From Antedon mediterranea (Eukaryota > Animalia > Echinodermata), in assembly GCF_964355755.1 (NCBI RefSeq), contig NC_092674.1, forward strand, positions 186,001-250,000: a DNA stretch of 64,000 nt, written 5' to 3'. Below are positions 27,901-40,910 of the stretch, one piece after another. The first letter of the stretch is position 1. Every line of letters begins with the position of its first letter. The notes under the pieces were generated by a model that saw nothing but the letters and a program-made list of their open reading frames with translations, did not search any database and was not told the origin of the DNA. The position numbers and the translations under genes were made by a program.

Positions 27901-29596
27901 AATCATTGAATTAGTTAGTAATTGATAGATATGAATCAATAATACATTATTTTATATAGTGTATTATTAAATCATTGAATTAGTTAGTAATTGATAGATA
28001 TGAATCAATAATACATTATTTTATGTAGTGTCTTATTAAATCATTGAATTAGTTAGTAATTAGATATGAATCAATAATACATTATTTTATATAGTGTATT
28101 ATTAAATCATTGAATTAGTTAGTAATTGATGAATCAATAATACATTATTTTATGTAGTGTCTTATTAAATCATTGAATTAGTTAGTAATTGATAGATATG
28201 AATCAATAATACATTATTTTATATAGTGTATTATTAAATCATTGAATTAGTTAGTAATTGATAGATATGAATCAATAATACATTATTTTATATAGTGTAT
28301 TATTAAATCATTGAATGTTTTTCACTAGTTGGGAATTGCAGTTTATTGAGTCAGATTTTAAAGGACAACTTCCAAAACCATACTCAAGGCAAGAAGATGC
28401 AACACAGATTATTCCAACTCATATGAATGACATGAACTTAGAGGAACCAACTAGATATGTAAGTGTTTAGTAGTTTAAACATAAATGACATGAACTTAGA
28501 GGAACCAACTAGATATGCAAGTGTTTAGTAGTTTAAACATAAATGACATGAACTTAGAGGAACCAACTAGATATGCAAGTGTTTAGTAGTTTAAACATAA
28601 ATGACATGAACTTAGAGGAACCAACTAGATATGCAAGTGTTTAGTAGTTTAAACATGAACTTAGAGGAACCAACTAGATATGTAAGTGTTTAGTAGTTAA
28701 ACATGAACTTAGAGGAACCAACTAGATATGTAAGTGTTTAGTAGTTTAAACATGAACTTAGAGTTTAAACTTATTCTTGTTTATAGAGGTTTACAGACAG
28801 TGTTATATTATTTTTCTTTTCTATAGATTGAATTGTCAAAATGTCATTATTTAATTGACCTAGATGTACCAATTTCAACACCTCATGAACCTAAATTCTC
28901 AAAATTTCCTGATCAGTGGGAAGTAATTGAAAGGCAGCCATTCCTTGACAAAGAACGGTATATTTCATTATTACATTTATTTGTTTACAGAGCATTACAA
29001 AATCACAGAAATATCAGATCGGGCAACCCAAAAAATTAACTAAACAAAACATAAAAATAAAACTGTAAAACATGTTTTAATAAGCTAAGGTAATAAAGGT
29101 ATTACCGTCCCTAAGCTTAACTAAAAACTAAGGAAATTCGGAGCCAGCACCGGGAGACATTTGATGTATTTTTCTTTGTGGTTTTATTGTCTTAATTATG
29201 CCAAGCAAAATGAATTTCCATTTTAAGTGAACCAGTAACATTTCTTGAATTAATTCAATCCTTATTCGAATAGTGATACCAAGTTCTTTAATGTGCACTG
29301 GAAGTCATAGAATGTTATAGTACTTGCAATATAGTAGTACACCTACTTTAATTTTTTAATATACAGTACTGTCATTGACATTCTATACTGAGTCACTGAT
29401 ATAATAATTGTAACTAAGTATACACCATTGTCATTGACAATGATTGCTTTTACTAATTTAATCTTTTCAAACTTGTTTCAGGTCTGATAAAGTTTTCCGT
29501 GCTTTCTTTATACCATACGTTTCACACAACTACGTTTCATATGTAAATTACACAATTTACAAAACAACAAGGAGGAATAAACGAAAGACATTCTGA
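3912..29596 (+). CDS. ALG9: Alpha-1,2-mannosyltransferase ALG9 (GT22), 17 coding exons, about 592 aa
   Basis: Exons 3912-3988, 4295-4436, 5818-5952, 6115-6185, 7981-8069, 8559-8632, 8777-8838, 24933-25020, 25165-25270, 25456-25544, 26052-26171, 26481-26552, 26968-27097, 27500-27647, 28329-28458, 28827-28957, 29482-29596. All introns are GT-AG and phases join into one 1779-nt frame. Motifs: DCDETFNYWEP, GFQTWEYSP.YAIRSYAY, HKEERFLFPVYP, VCIGKEWYRFPS. C-terminal KRKTF fits a KxKxx ER-retrieval signal. Confidence 0.96.
4564..5780. repeat. 55-bp tandem array (about 22 copies) filling an ALG9 intron
   Basis: Unit AATGATCGAATGGGTGAAGTTCTGAGTAATTGCTATTGATGTACATATATTATAT; near-identical copies. Confidence 0.95.
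6303..7900. repeat. 42-bp tandem array (about 38 copies) filling an ALG9 intron
   Basis: Unit AAATAATAATGTTGTACTATTCACCCCTTTAAATGAGGCTTT; source of the spurious (NSTTLLFKASFKGV)n ORFs. Confidence 0.95.
8476..8585 (+). repeat. 38-bp triplication of an ALG9 splice acceptor plus exon start
   Basis: TTTTCAG|CATTTATACCTAGTAGCTTCTCAATGT with AG ending at 8482, 8520 and 8558; only the third keeps the frame. Confidence 0.9.
15023..16167. mobile_element. Non-autonomous DNA transposon (hAT-like TAGGG termini), 1145 bp
   Basis: TIRs TAGGGATACCGA...TCGTTATCCCTA. GTATTAC is duplicated at 15016-15022 and 16168-16174 (8 bp if the terminal A is shared). Internal 19-bp inverted pair 15354-15372/15587-15605. 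No transposase ORF. Confidence 0.85.
21997..23073 (+). mobile_element. Young 5'-truncated non-LTR retrotransposon (CR1/Jockey-group RT C-terminal half)
   Basis: Uninterrupted frame to the stop at 22862: LLFNLFVYDLP...QYADDTVIY...KYLGI...RPVIEYGAPVWDPH. 3' UTR, AATAAA/A-rich tail and a short ATTAC duplication at the junctions. Confidence 0.92.
24511..24852. mobile_element. MITE with TA flanks; its left terminus coincides with the last satellite unit
   Basis: Left TAGAGTATTACGGTG-TGACGTCAC versus reverse complement of the right end TTGAGTATCACGGTGCTGACGTCAC; TA at 24509-24510 and 24853-24854. Confidence 0.75.
25497..25894 (+). repeat. 56-bp x7 array of an ALG9 exon 3' end plus donor
   Basis: 48 nt of coding sequence (NFNIVLPLALVALPLT) plus GTAAGTTG, starting at 25497, 25553 ... 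25833. Confidence 0.95.
26624..26849 (+). mobile_element. tRNA-derived SINE
   Basis: A-box TGGCTTGGTGG, B-box GGTTCAAGTCC, terminal poly-A at 26839-26849; related head at 53195-53259 on the minus strand. Confidence 0.75.
27058..27333 (+). repeat. 46-bp x6 array of an ALG9 exon 3' end plus donor
   Basis: AGTTTAACGTCTTTATCCAGATCAGCTGCTTTGTTCTATG|GTATGT repeated six times. Confidence 0.95.
27711..28316. repeat. 69-bp tandem array (about 9 copies) ending 12 nt before an ALG9 acceptor
   Basis: Unit GTAATTGATAGATATGAATCAATAATACATTATTTTATATAGTGTATTATTAAATCATTGAATTAGTTA with an internal AATAATACA/TGTATTATT hairpin. Confidence 0.92.
28426..28763 (+). repeat. About 58-bp x6 array of an ALG9 exon 3' end plus donor
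   Basis: ...GAGGAACCAACTAGATAT|GTAAGTGTTTAG repeated; copies 2-4 read GCAAGT; copies 5-6 are shorter. Confidence 0.92.
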
Positions 29597-29902
29597 AGAA
29601 GAAAATGTGTTACAGCATTAAAACTTATTTGAAGATTGGAGTATTTTTGTAATCATTTACAGTAATAATGTAAACAACACCAAATGTAAAAATATGAATG
29701 AAATATGAATATTAAAAACAATAGTGATCACCAATTGTGCAGTCTTAAATGTGTAATATACACTGAGTAATAATGTTATAGTTAGTTGTTTAGAATGACA
29801 ACTAGAAACACAATACCTAATCTGATAGATGTGAAGATAACATAATGTAGACAAAAAAAGATTACTTTCCATATTTGTATAACAACTAATTGAAAAGAAA
29901 CA

Positions 29903-30008
29903 TTCTATTGCAATTAGACCGTGACCAACACAACAATAATGCCATTTGTTTTCTATTGCAATTAGACCGTGACCAACACAACAATAATGCCATTTGTTTT
30001 CTATTGCT
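29903..30008. repeat. 48-bp tandem duplication downstream of the ALG9 stop
   Basis: TTCTATTGCAATTAGACCGTGACCAACACAACAATAATGCCATTTG at 29903 and 29951. Confidence 0.85.
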
Positions 30009-30399
30009 CATAAAAGTACTGTAATGTATATTTTTATCACCAAATGGTGGCAGAACTGTGCATTGCTGTCATCAACCATCATTTATTGATTTGAATTTAT
30101 TTGTACAGTATTATACAAAAAAAATGAAATTACACTTACAGAGAATCACAAGATTTTCCAGGATAACCACAAATCTGGGCCAAAATCAAACTAAATTGCC
30201 TTGGTTAAATATACTGTACAGTACATTTCCTCTAGTATAGCTTGTATTCAAATCTACTCTCTTCAAATCTGTAAAATGATGTATTGATATTTTTGAATTA
30301 AAAAAATGATTTAGCCAATTATGATCTCGTGTGATATTATCTCATGAGATCGATTTATAATATTTTATTGATTTAGAAAACCAGACTATTGTCTGTGTT

Positions 30400-30765
30400 G
30401 TTTGGTCGGGCGGATTAATATTGTTGGCTGGAAGGAAGTTCTTCGGTCGTCCCGACAGCCATCTTGGAAATGGAGAGAAGCATGAAAATATTGTGGATAG
30501 ATGTACACAGATTTGTGGTTAATTGCCTGCTTTTCAAAATTAAATGCGGATGCTTTTCAGTACTGATAAAACGATAGTAATATTGGGCATATCTGTGTTG
30601 AAATTTTATTTCGATGGCATAGATAATTTATAATAATTCATTCATTTCGCACCCAAAATTTCCGTGATTTTGAGCAAAAAATACGACGACGACGATATTA
30701 TTGATATTTTGTCTGGTTGTTTTATTTAGTTTCCTCCAAAACATCCTGATTTGGTTGTAGTAAGT
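30400..30765 (+). promoter_or_regulatory. Probable NCK promoter and non-coding first exon
   Basis: CpG-containing patch with a GGGCGG box, GGAAG and GCCATCTTG (YY1-like) motifs; donor GTAAGT at 30760; the coding exon has an acceptor two bases before its ATG. Confidence 0.5.
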
Positions 30766-32251
30766 TTAACATTTTAATTACGTTTTATATAAAAATAATA
30801 GTTAATTTGAAGATGTTGAGGTAGCCTAGAGGCTAGGCCTAAGCCCCTAGCTAGGCCTAGGCTGGTCATTATTATAATTTATATACGCGGTAGGCTAGGC
30901 GGAGGCATCGCGCCTAGCTTTAGGCCCTGCTAGAGTACTACCTAACTAGCTGGGCCTAGGCTATATTATACTGTAGAGATCAGATTGAACCGTCATAAGG
31001 AGGCCTACTTAATAACATAGGCTAGGTCAAATTAGAGGCTCAGAGTAGACCTATAGAGAGGTCGGTAATGTCCATCCATAATCCATTTATTTCTTTTTCT
31101 CTTTCAAAGGTAAACAAATAAACAATTTTAAAATAATAAAACGGGCAAAACAAAGAAAAAGTAACAAAATTTGAAGTAGTTTCGTAATCTCATGATGAAC
31201 CTCCTATCTGTAGAGGATGGGGCCAAGATGCATTTGAAGGCTGTTGCCTTACTACATTAGGCCGACGACGCTATTGTCATTGACTGTTTTTTTAGGTTAT
31301 TTCTGTTGACTTGTTCTGTATTTACATAAATTACATTGCATCTGTTTAGTTGCTAGAATGTGATATTAAGAATGTCGCGTCTTTAAAATGCGTCAAATTT
31401 ATTCATACAGTTCATGAAATTGATATTAACAATTTTGATTTGGCTAAACAACTTATATTTCCTTTAGATAAATAGCCATTAAAATTTAGAATGAAAATAT
31501 TCTCTGTGATGCAGTGGCAAGCTCGACCCCAATCTCCAAAATAGGATGTTTCCGAAACGATGGGTAGAATAGAAGCATTCAATAATTGGCCTAAAAAAGG
31601 GTTTTGTAAAAAAATTAAAACCTGCCCTTGCTTGATTGATAGCTATCTATATAATTATAAGGTTGACTCAAGTACACCCTTGAAAGATGAAGTGCAGATT
31701 GAAACTAATGTAAAATCTGTCCTACTGTACATTTACTAAAAAAAGCAAAATTAAACATCACCAATTAGTACCCCAAAATGAGTCGCTTTGTCACTGTTGA
31801 AATGACAATGTCACAATTTTCCTTTAAAAGACCTTGACCTTTCATCTGTGGACAGTATTTTAGCCACTTCCTTCTATGTACTGTTGTCTGTAGATGTGTT
31901 TATGGATTTATACTGCTGATTCATCTTATGACAAACTATAGCTTCTATGAAGGTCTTGTGTCTAATACTCATGTTGGGTCATTAGGCCTAAAATAGTGTA
32001 CTTTTTAGTATAGACTGGAACATGCATTTTGTGTACATATTTTGTTAATAGCAAGGTTTATTGTTGAAATGTTTAGTACTGCATGTCAAGACAGTTGGTG
32101 GTCGGCTGACCATCACCGACCACTTTGCCCAGAACCCTAAAATACAACTAACTAAAATCTTAAAATGATGATAGGAAATGTAATACTGTAACTAGTATTA
32201 GTAAGGGGACTCATTTCTTATAACAAATGTATTTTGTTTACATATTTCTAA

Positions 32252-32420
32252 TTCTCTGTCTACACTAGTATCACACTACTGTAGTTTTACAAAAAAGGTG
32301 TGATGTGCCCAAATATGGTAGTGATATGCCAAAATATGGTGGTGATATGACATCATGTCCATATATGGGCACATCACATTTTTTTTAAATCAAATAAAGT
32401 TTGATAGTGTAAACAGAGCT
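32252..32420. mobile_element. Short MITE (Harbinger/Tourist-like family A)
   Basis: Ends CTCTGTCTACACTA...TAGTGTAAACAGAGCT; homologous copies at 52593-52721 and 54379-54500. Confidence 0.7.
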
Positions 32421-32551
32421 TTATTGTGGTGCTTGATCATTTAAAAGTAACTGGTAATTCAGACCCATTTGAGATTATTCGTACATAGTATAATGTAGAA
32501 AGCATGACTATCATTGAAATGTACTTTATATATTCATTTTGTTTTCTAGAC

Positions 32552-34067
32552 ATGGCAGATGAGGAACCAGTGTATGTAATTGCTAAATGGGACTATGATG
32601 CTAAACAAGAAGAGGAGTTGAACCTGAGAAAAAATGAAAAACTTGTTTTGCTTAATGACACAAAATCTTGGTGGCAAGTGCAAAAATTGAATAGTGGTGA
32701 ATGTGGTTATGTACCGTCAAACTTTGTTAAAAGGGAAAAAACTGGAATCTTTGGCAGAATTAAAGCTATAACAAAGCGCAAGCCTTCTACGACAGATTCA
32801 CCAAGATTTTCGCACACAAGCCCATCTGTCAATCGACCATCAGCTGACCCACCACATGAAAGAACCAATTCAATAGATTCCAATCCAGGATTAGCAACTA
32901 ATGCATTTGTTAAGTTTCCATATGATGCACGGCAGCATGATGAATTAACACTGCGGAAAGGAGAAGCTGTAATTGTTCTTGAAAAATCAGGAGATGGATG
33001 GTGGCGTGGAGAATGCAATGGACAAAATGGTTGGTTTCCATCAAATTATGTTGAAGAAGTTGGATTAAATTCTGGTAGTGATGAATCAAGTAGAAATGAT
33101 AATGCTAACAAAGACTTTCTTATTGGTGTTAGAACATTATATCCATTTAAAGGAAGAAATGAGGAAGAACTTAATTTTGATGTAGATGAGCAATTGGACA
33201 TTGTTGAAAAACCAGAAAATGATCCTGACTGGTGGAGAGCACGAAATAATCGCGGGGAAGTTGGTCTCGTTCCAAGAACATATGTGAAAGAGTTGGACAA
33301 TGCTACTCCTGTTTATTCAATGGTATATTTGGGAAAGGATGTTACTCCAAGAAGTACTTCAAATGTAGCAAATGGGAATAGCCAACCATCCAATGGGATG
33401 GTTCGCAAAAATTCTGATCTTGATTCAAAGATTTGGTATCATGGACATATACGACGTGAAGATGCGGAGGGACTACTTTCTAGTCCAAATATTGAAAAAG
33501 GGGATTTTATTATAAGAGCTAGTGAAACATCGGTAAGTAAAATGAGCTTGCCATCTAAAAGCTTATTTCTACTTAATATCAATTCAATGACTTTTCCACT
33601 TCCATTCTAAGTATGCTTGTGCAAAGTATACTCCTGTAGAACTCCTAATTACAGTGGCCTATCCAAGTATGCCTGAGAAAAGTATATGAAAGTTTCCCAG
33701 TGGCTTTCGGCATTGCTAGTCTTTATGAAACCAATTACAAAACTGAACGATTAACATAAATAAAACAATAATAACATGATTGTGTTGTGTTTTTACAGCA
33801 GTACTACTGTAGTAGTAGGAACAATGAATTAAAGTTGTAAAAGTGAAAATACTTATTTTTTTGTAGCCTACAGACTTCTCAATTTCAGTGAGGGCACCAC
33901 ATCAAGTAAAGCACTTCAAAGTTAAGACAACTGGTGGCATGTATTGTATTGGTACTCGAAAGTTTGAGACGTTGGATCAACTCGTAGAGCATTACAAAAG
34001 GTCACCAATATTCAATAAGGATGAGATTAGGTTGTTCTTAAACCATGCATGTCCTAATGAAGCATAG
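32552..34067 (+). CDS. NCK: NCK/Dock adaptor protein, three SH3 plus one SH2, about 393 aa
   Basis: Exons 32552-33532 and 33867-34067. SH3 motifs VIAKWDY..GYVPSNFV, GWFPSNYV, GLVPRTYV. SH2 motifs WYHG..GDFIIRASETSPTDFSISV..KHFKV..LVEHYKRSPIF. Confidence 0.95.
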
Positions 34068-34918
34068 TGGACCTGTTTCTGCTGTCAACAAACAATCTAC
34101 CGAATCCTATTAGCAGCAAGCATGTCATTCTCAAAATAACGGTACACCTTACCTGCGTGTTGGAACACCCATTTAACCAGTTATTGCTGTGCAATTTTTA
34201 GGTGCTAGCAATATAACGGTCAGTTATTTAGGGGTAAAGGGTCACCCTTTTTTTCCCCAGGAACATGTCAGTTTATACAATTCATCTTCAAAAACTCACT
34301 GATTGAAGTTACAGCAGAAACATGCCCATGAGTTTAAGTTCACCCATGTAAAAAATGTGGTTTGAAACAAAGTAAAAGAGAATGTGAGCACCGCTTCATA
34401 CTATCTGTGCCCCATAAGGAACACAATTAGTAATATTACTACAGTATACAACCATACCCTGCGTTGTAACTTATAAGATATAATATATTATTCTAATCGT
34501 TTTTATTCATTCATTGTGTTGATTTTAGATTAAATTATATCTATATTTATCGCATATAATTCTACTAGTTTTTTCAGTATAGCATTGTAGACCAATGATA
34601 CCATATGAGAACATAATGATTTGATGTAATTATATCAAATAATCAATAAACTTCACAGTCAATTTTACATAGTGCTTTCTGAAACATGAAACAGGGTACA
34701 TACCACATTTGAAATTGATAACAAAATTAAGATGATTGGAATTTATTCATTATAAGATTGTGTGTACTGTTAACTAAAAACCATTCTGTGCATTAGTAAT
34801 TTCTTTCATGAAATCTTTAAATCATCATTATTCCTGAACATTTCAATTCATTAGTGTGCTAGAAGAAATTGATAATGGATTTATGTAGCATTGTAGTTAA
34901 GCTGGCGAATTATTACAG

Positions 34919-35144
34919 GAAGTATGCTATCAAACAGAAAGCTTTATGGCTGAACGTGTACAGGATGAATTGTGTAATAATCTGTACTACATTGATTAAC
35001 ATAAAAACCACCTACTTTACCACCCCATGTACATTGAAGTATGCTATCAAACAGAAAGCTTTATGGCTGGATGTGTACAGGATGAATTATGTAATAATCT
35101 GTACTACATTGATTAACATAAAAACCACCTACTTTACCACCCCC
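34919..35144. repeat. 117-bp tandem duplication in the probable NCK 3' UTR
   Basis: GAAGTATGCTATCAAACAGAAAGC...CACCCC at 34919 and 35036. Confidence 0.85.
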
Positions 35145-37291
35145 TATTCCCACCTAACAGTATATGCCCAGTGTATATCCACTAAATTGAATTACTGTAT
35201 CAAATTATGCTAAATAATCTTTCCGTGTAATTTGCTATTTGCAATAGACTATATATTGTACAAATGAAAAAATAATATTCAGGTATATTATTCAAACAGA
35301 TATTGTATTGCCTTTAATAAGTACAGTACATTGTTAACAGTGAACAAGTATCCAGTAGTGAAGTTATGCTGTTATACAATGAAGTGCTATTTAACAGAGG
35401 CTTTATATAAATTTGTGTATATAAACATTACTGTAAGTATTTGTTAGTTGATACAATAACATTGTTATACTAGCTAGACCAATATCATTGTCTTTGAATC
35501 ATGTACCTGCAGTGCACTACATTAGTAGTACATTTGTGACTGACTTTCTTAATACAAACTGTACATCTATATTAATTAATATTAAAATATATGTATTTAA
35601 GCAGTCGTCTGTAGTTTATTAACATTGGTGTATAATTGATATTAAAAACTACATATCCATTCTGAACAGTTACCTACTGTGTGTAAAGAATATTGTGTAT
35701 CTACAGTATCTCCTGCTGTATACAATACACCTCTATTTATGTTGCTATTATCATGTATGTATTTACATGATTGTAGTGTAATTACATTTAATTACTCGAG
35801 GAACATTTTTTTATTTTAAGAATGTTTAAAACACTTGAAATAATGTAAATATTTGTAAAGAAACTGAAATTTGTGATGAAAGTGTTTCCTTCTCTGTGAC
35901 AAAATGCTGTATTTTGGGCCTTTTTTTTTTACAAATTCTGATAATCTTGTTAAGCAATTTTATATAACTGGTGCTTAAATACATGTTGAGTAAAAGAATG
36001 CATACATATACAAATATTGTAGTTATAGGAATATTTTATTTATTGGAGTTTTTTTGCGAATATGAGCTTAAAATTAGATATAACCATAAATATTAAGATT
36101 TAAATTATAAAGTATTCATAAACAGCCTGATTGTGTAAGACCAGGGAAATTGATTACAACTTTACAAATGTTAGTAGGAGGCTAATTTTCAATATATTTT
36201 ATTTATTTTTTACTGTAAAAAACATTCAGACCACTTCTAAAACACTCGTTACCTTTGAAAGTGATAGTGGTGACTTTATTGAATATCGAAATCTCTGGAT
36301 CAAGCATGATGGTGTATTTCTTTATATTTATTTGTTTAAATTTATTTATTACCGTATTTATTCGAATAGATGCCTCCCCCATAGAATATCATTTTGAATA
36401 AAGCCCCTGAGCCTTTATTTATTTTCTCAAACAAACGCCCTGCCACATGCATTATCTTAACAATATTGTATTACAACATATTTCTATTTGTAGAATTTTT
36501 TTGGATTTTACTGTATCTTATCACTTCTCGGGGCGTTAAGTCGGATAAACACGGTATTGCAGGGAATAATTTCGCCAGTGTAGCATAGCAAAAAGCTATA
36601 CAAAACAACCTTCTTGCTACACAATTCTACAATTGTGTAGCAAAATATACTATAGAAAACTATGTTTCTCGACTCAAACATCAGTTTTATTAGCAATATT
36701 GCTAAACGAAATTTTAAGATGAAATTTTTCCCTGTATTGTAATATAACATTACTGTAAAAAAAAAAGTACCGAATTGCTCGTACCGTACATTTGACCACG
36801 CGCTACCAAGGGTGCCGATATGTAGTTTTACTGAAGAGACAACGTTAAGTAATTTCTTGATGTCCCAGTGGAAATGTGAGTCACTGTCCAAATAATTTAC
36901 ACAATAATGCCTTTTACGGATATTACAATCATAGTAGTGCCAGGTCGATCTCGTGCCTGTAGTTAAATTATTATTACTTTAGTAAAGTGATGAAGTGATA
37001 TACAAAAAGATTAATATAATTTAGTAATGCTTGTAATATACGAAGTGTAGCACATTTGCCAAAACGACAATAGCAGCGCGGCATGTTGGCGATTAGCAAG
37101 GTACCTACTTAAAAGGGATTTGTTTTGTAAACTTAGTTCAATTATGCAAAGATCGAAGTAAATAACGAACACAGACTATCGTGTTTGGTTAATAAATTCG
37201 AGGACTTTGAACAAGTGAATTCAGATAACGGTCATCATCAAATTAGCCTTTCAAAAATGAATTGTACATGTACAAAACAAAATATAGAAAG

Positions 37292-40200
37292 ATGTCATTG
37301 AAGAACGTCATTGGTTGCAATAAAGGCTTGTGTATTGCTATTTCCTCATTCGTATGCTCGTTTATACTATGGGGATTTGGATATACATTTACAATTCTGT
37401 TTGTTCACATACAAGACGACTTTAAATCAAGTACTACAGCAACAGGTAAAGCCAGGCAACTTTTACAAAATGCGCTGTTAAAATACTAAACCTCGATTTA
37501 CTCGTCACCACCCTCGACGCAGCGCAGGTGCAGGTCTGAATACGTGCGTGAAAATAGGGTGTAGCCTAATTATTGTATCCTCTATGAAGTTGATGTGCGA
37601 AGTGCTGTAATTGGTATTTTAACGTTACATAATGATGTCACCAGCTGACGTTGTGTATTAATTCCTTTTAACCATGATGACGTCATAAAATTAAAATAAG
37701 GAAAGTGCAATGCGTCAGCAAATAATTTAAAGTTGGGAGTAATCGAGCACAGCAGATAAAAGCAAAAAAAAAAGATGAAGCCTATATTGCAACATTTCTA
37801 TTAGCAAAAAGGGGTCCTCCTAAATACCAAGACCTACCAAGACCTACCAAGAACTACCAAGACCTACCAAGACCTGTCAATTTAAAGTGTTAATTTAACG
37901 AAATCTATAGACTTCTAATAGGATTTCCAACAATAAAACCTCAATTTTAGCGCGATAGACACCAAAAATGTTAAATAATCGACAAGCTTCGCGTTCGCGA
38001 AACGAACTGAGTTGATGCATACATGCGTCACAATGTCCGTTCGTTTCGCTTGTCGATTATTTAACATTTTCGTAACATTTTTGGTGTCTATATCGCGCTG
38101 AAATTGAGGTTTAATTGTTGGAAATGCTGAAGTCTTATATATCATATTTCGTTAAATTGACAGGTCTTGGTAGGTCTTGGTAGGTCTTGGTAGTTCTTAG
38201 TAGGTCTTGGTAGGTCTTGGTATTTAGGAGGACCCGCAAAAAGTGTGCATTATACAGCTTCCATTTTGTGGGGAGGGGGATGTCGCGAGTATTCTAAAGA
38301 GCTACTACAAAGATTTGCATTATTGGCTGTTGTGTGTGACGACGCGATGTCTTTATTTCACATTTGTAATGACATCATGTGCAAACTCAGTCATTCTAAA
38401 TATATTTCTTTATAGTTGGAATCCTAATACTGATTCCATTACTAAGTCTTACGTTTGATTATATTTTTGTCTTCTTTTTTTAGGATGGGTTGGATCGTCA
38501 TATTACGGAATAGCTTCGACACTAGCTGTATTAGTAGGCCCATTAGTCAAGCGGTTTAAATACAGAACTACTTTTTTAATGGGAATTTTACTATCAGGAA
38601 TCAGCTTGTTTGTGTCTTCCTTCGTCCAGTCCATCACAGCCTTCTTTATAACATATGGATTTATATATGCATCTGGTACATGCATTTCATATTACGTGTC
38701 CCTTATTCTTGTAAAGATGTATTATTCAAATTCTCCATATATAACCAGAGCTACATATTTTTCCACAATGGGTGCTACCTTTGGTGAGTGCATTTTACAC
38801 ATTATAGGTTATATGCATTATCATGCAATAATAATATTTGTCCGTCCATTATCTTGAGATACATTTTTAAATGTTGAAAGATGTCCCCGGGAAGATGTCA
38901 TTATCACCCTGAACCATGATGGAACTTAATGACTCTGAAGGTTTATTATTGTGATCAAACGAGGGCATGGTGTTGATGATGGGCTATATCGCATTAATTT
39001 CTTGTGTCTTGTGTTTTCATAGGCTTTATGGTTCAAAGTCCGATAGTAGGAAAACTGCTTACAGTTGTTGGTTGGCGTGGAGTTTTACGAATTTATAGCG
39101 GAATTACTATTGTTGTTGGACTATTGTGCAGCAATTTTATGCACGAGCCATTAAACTGTGAAGAAAGAGAGAAACGAGAGCGATCGACATCAGAAGAAAC
39201 TTTTCTGAAACACAAAGATAAACACTTTGGAAACAAAGAAGAATGTGAAGAGAGTGTCTGGTGTATGCTTACGTTTCCAGAAACCTGGTACTTCTTTATT
39301 GGGATGGTGATCACCAGTACCGCTACTATGTTTTGCTATATCAATATAGTAAGAACAATCAAATCGATTAAAACCTTAGATGTTAAGGATTAATCGTCTT
39401 ACGCCCACACATGGTCTGTTTCCACATTTCAACAAATTTTATAAAACTGGGTAAAACCTTTATTCTTTACTCCATGGTAAAACATACTACGAACTTGGCA
39501 TATCTGTTACGATCTTCAAATCTTTTCACAAAATGGGAGAAATTTGATTTTCGATTTTGTATTGTTTATTTTTATTTTTTTATTTACTCGACTTCTCACT
39601 AACTCAGTTAGTGAAGGATCTGGACCAACAGGTGGTAAACACCTCTAAAACGGCCCAGTCCCAATTTGCACAGTGGCTGTGTGTGACAGTGGTTGTGTTT
39701 GTGTGGACTAGTACACCGGGGTTTACCTACTCGTCTCGAAAGATGTACTAGGTTCTTTAAAGTGCGCATGAGCTATGTGTACACTGGACCTACGGTTTAT
39801 AGTCCTTATCCGAGAAGACTCGTTCTACCACCAGAACCATGGAGCGAGTGAGCCTCGAACCCTTGCCGATGTTATGGCTACTTAATTACGGTTTCACTGT
39901 CTTAACCGCTCGGCCACTCACTCACTCAATTGTTTGTTGTATATATGAAATAAAGTGATCAATCAATAAAATCCCTCGTACACCGGTTTTTTTTTAAACC
40001 CCTTTAATGCTGAGTTTGTGTTTTCAAGAAATTTGTTTTAATTTTATGTATTTGAATTTTTCTTTCAATTAGGTGGACTTTATGAATTATATTGGTATTT
40101 CAACCTATGTCAGTTCATGGATTTTAATGGCAGCTGCAGGTAGTGAACTTTCAGGAAAAACCGTCTTTGCTATGTTTGGTGATCGTATACCAATGGCTAA

Positions 40201-40910
40201 AATGTATTTACTGGCTCCGACTAACATATTATTTGCCGGCATGATGATCATACTTATTTATACTCGAACAACTGGACATATGATTGCATGGATTATTTGT
40301 ACGTAATTTACTACAATTCACATTACAATTAAACAATAAGGATTGTTAATAATAACCTGATGTGAATTGAGTACTTGTGCTTTTGAATGTTTCTTATTAT
40401 TATTTGTTGAAGGTCTCGGATTTCTTAAAAGTGTATTTCATGCTATGCCATGGACAGCTACTATAGAGTTATTAGGATCACATCGTAACACACAATCAAC
40501 AGTCCTTGGCTCCTTAGGCTATGGGATTGGATCATTTTCGGGAACAATTGTTAGTGGTAAGTAAAACTTTATAAATCACAGTGATTATCGGGTTACTGAA
40601 ACAAAACACTGTTTTCATACATATTGCGTTACGCTATTGTCTAGAAATATTCTGTCAACAAAACTTTGATTTCCCTTTTTTTATATCCGAATTTTAAGGT
40701 TTGAGCTACGATCACACTGGATCTTATCAGTTGGGTTTGCTGATTGGTTGTGCCATGTACATTGTTGGAGCTCTATTTTTTCAGGCTGCTCCATTCCATC
40801 AGAGAATATTCGCGCCTGAAAGGTACCTGATTGATAAGAAGCCTGCACTGTCTGTCTCAGACGACGAACAGTTTGACTACGTTGTAGACAGCTACATAAC
40901 AACAGTCTAA
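37292..40910 (+). CDS. Monocarboxylate-transporter family (SLC16-like) MFS protein, 6 exons, about 453 aa
   Basis: Exons 37292-37445, 38484-38783, 39023-39348, 40073-40298, 40413-40556, 40699-40910, GT-AG and in frame. Motifs F.SSTTATGWVGS, GPLVKRF.YR, GWRGVLRI and GLSYDHTGSY; multiple TM segments. An alternative in-frame ATG lies at 37268. Confidence 0.88.
37812..38235. mobile_element. Foldback MITE, 424 bp, 8-bp TSD (Merlin- or MULE-like)
   Basis: TIR GGGTCCTCCTAAATACCAAGACC with internal (TACCAAGACC)n; GCAAAAAG at 37804-37811 and 38236-38243; nearly the whole element is self-complementary. Confidence 0.9.
39566..39927 (-). mobile_element. tRNA-derived SINE with a Deu/Nin-like core
   Basis: Minus strand: A-box TGGCCGAGCGG, B-box GGTTCGAGGC, core GGATAAGGACTATAAACCGTAGGTCC...TAAAGAACC...CCCCGGTGT, A-rich tail. 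Confidence 0.75.

Noticed and set aside
2131-28763. CRISPR-like regular repeats
   Set aside because: Units are head-to-tail with no unique spacers, there are no cas genes, and the context is a spliced eukaryotic gene.
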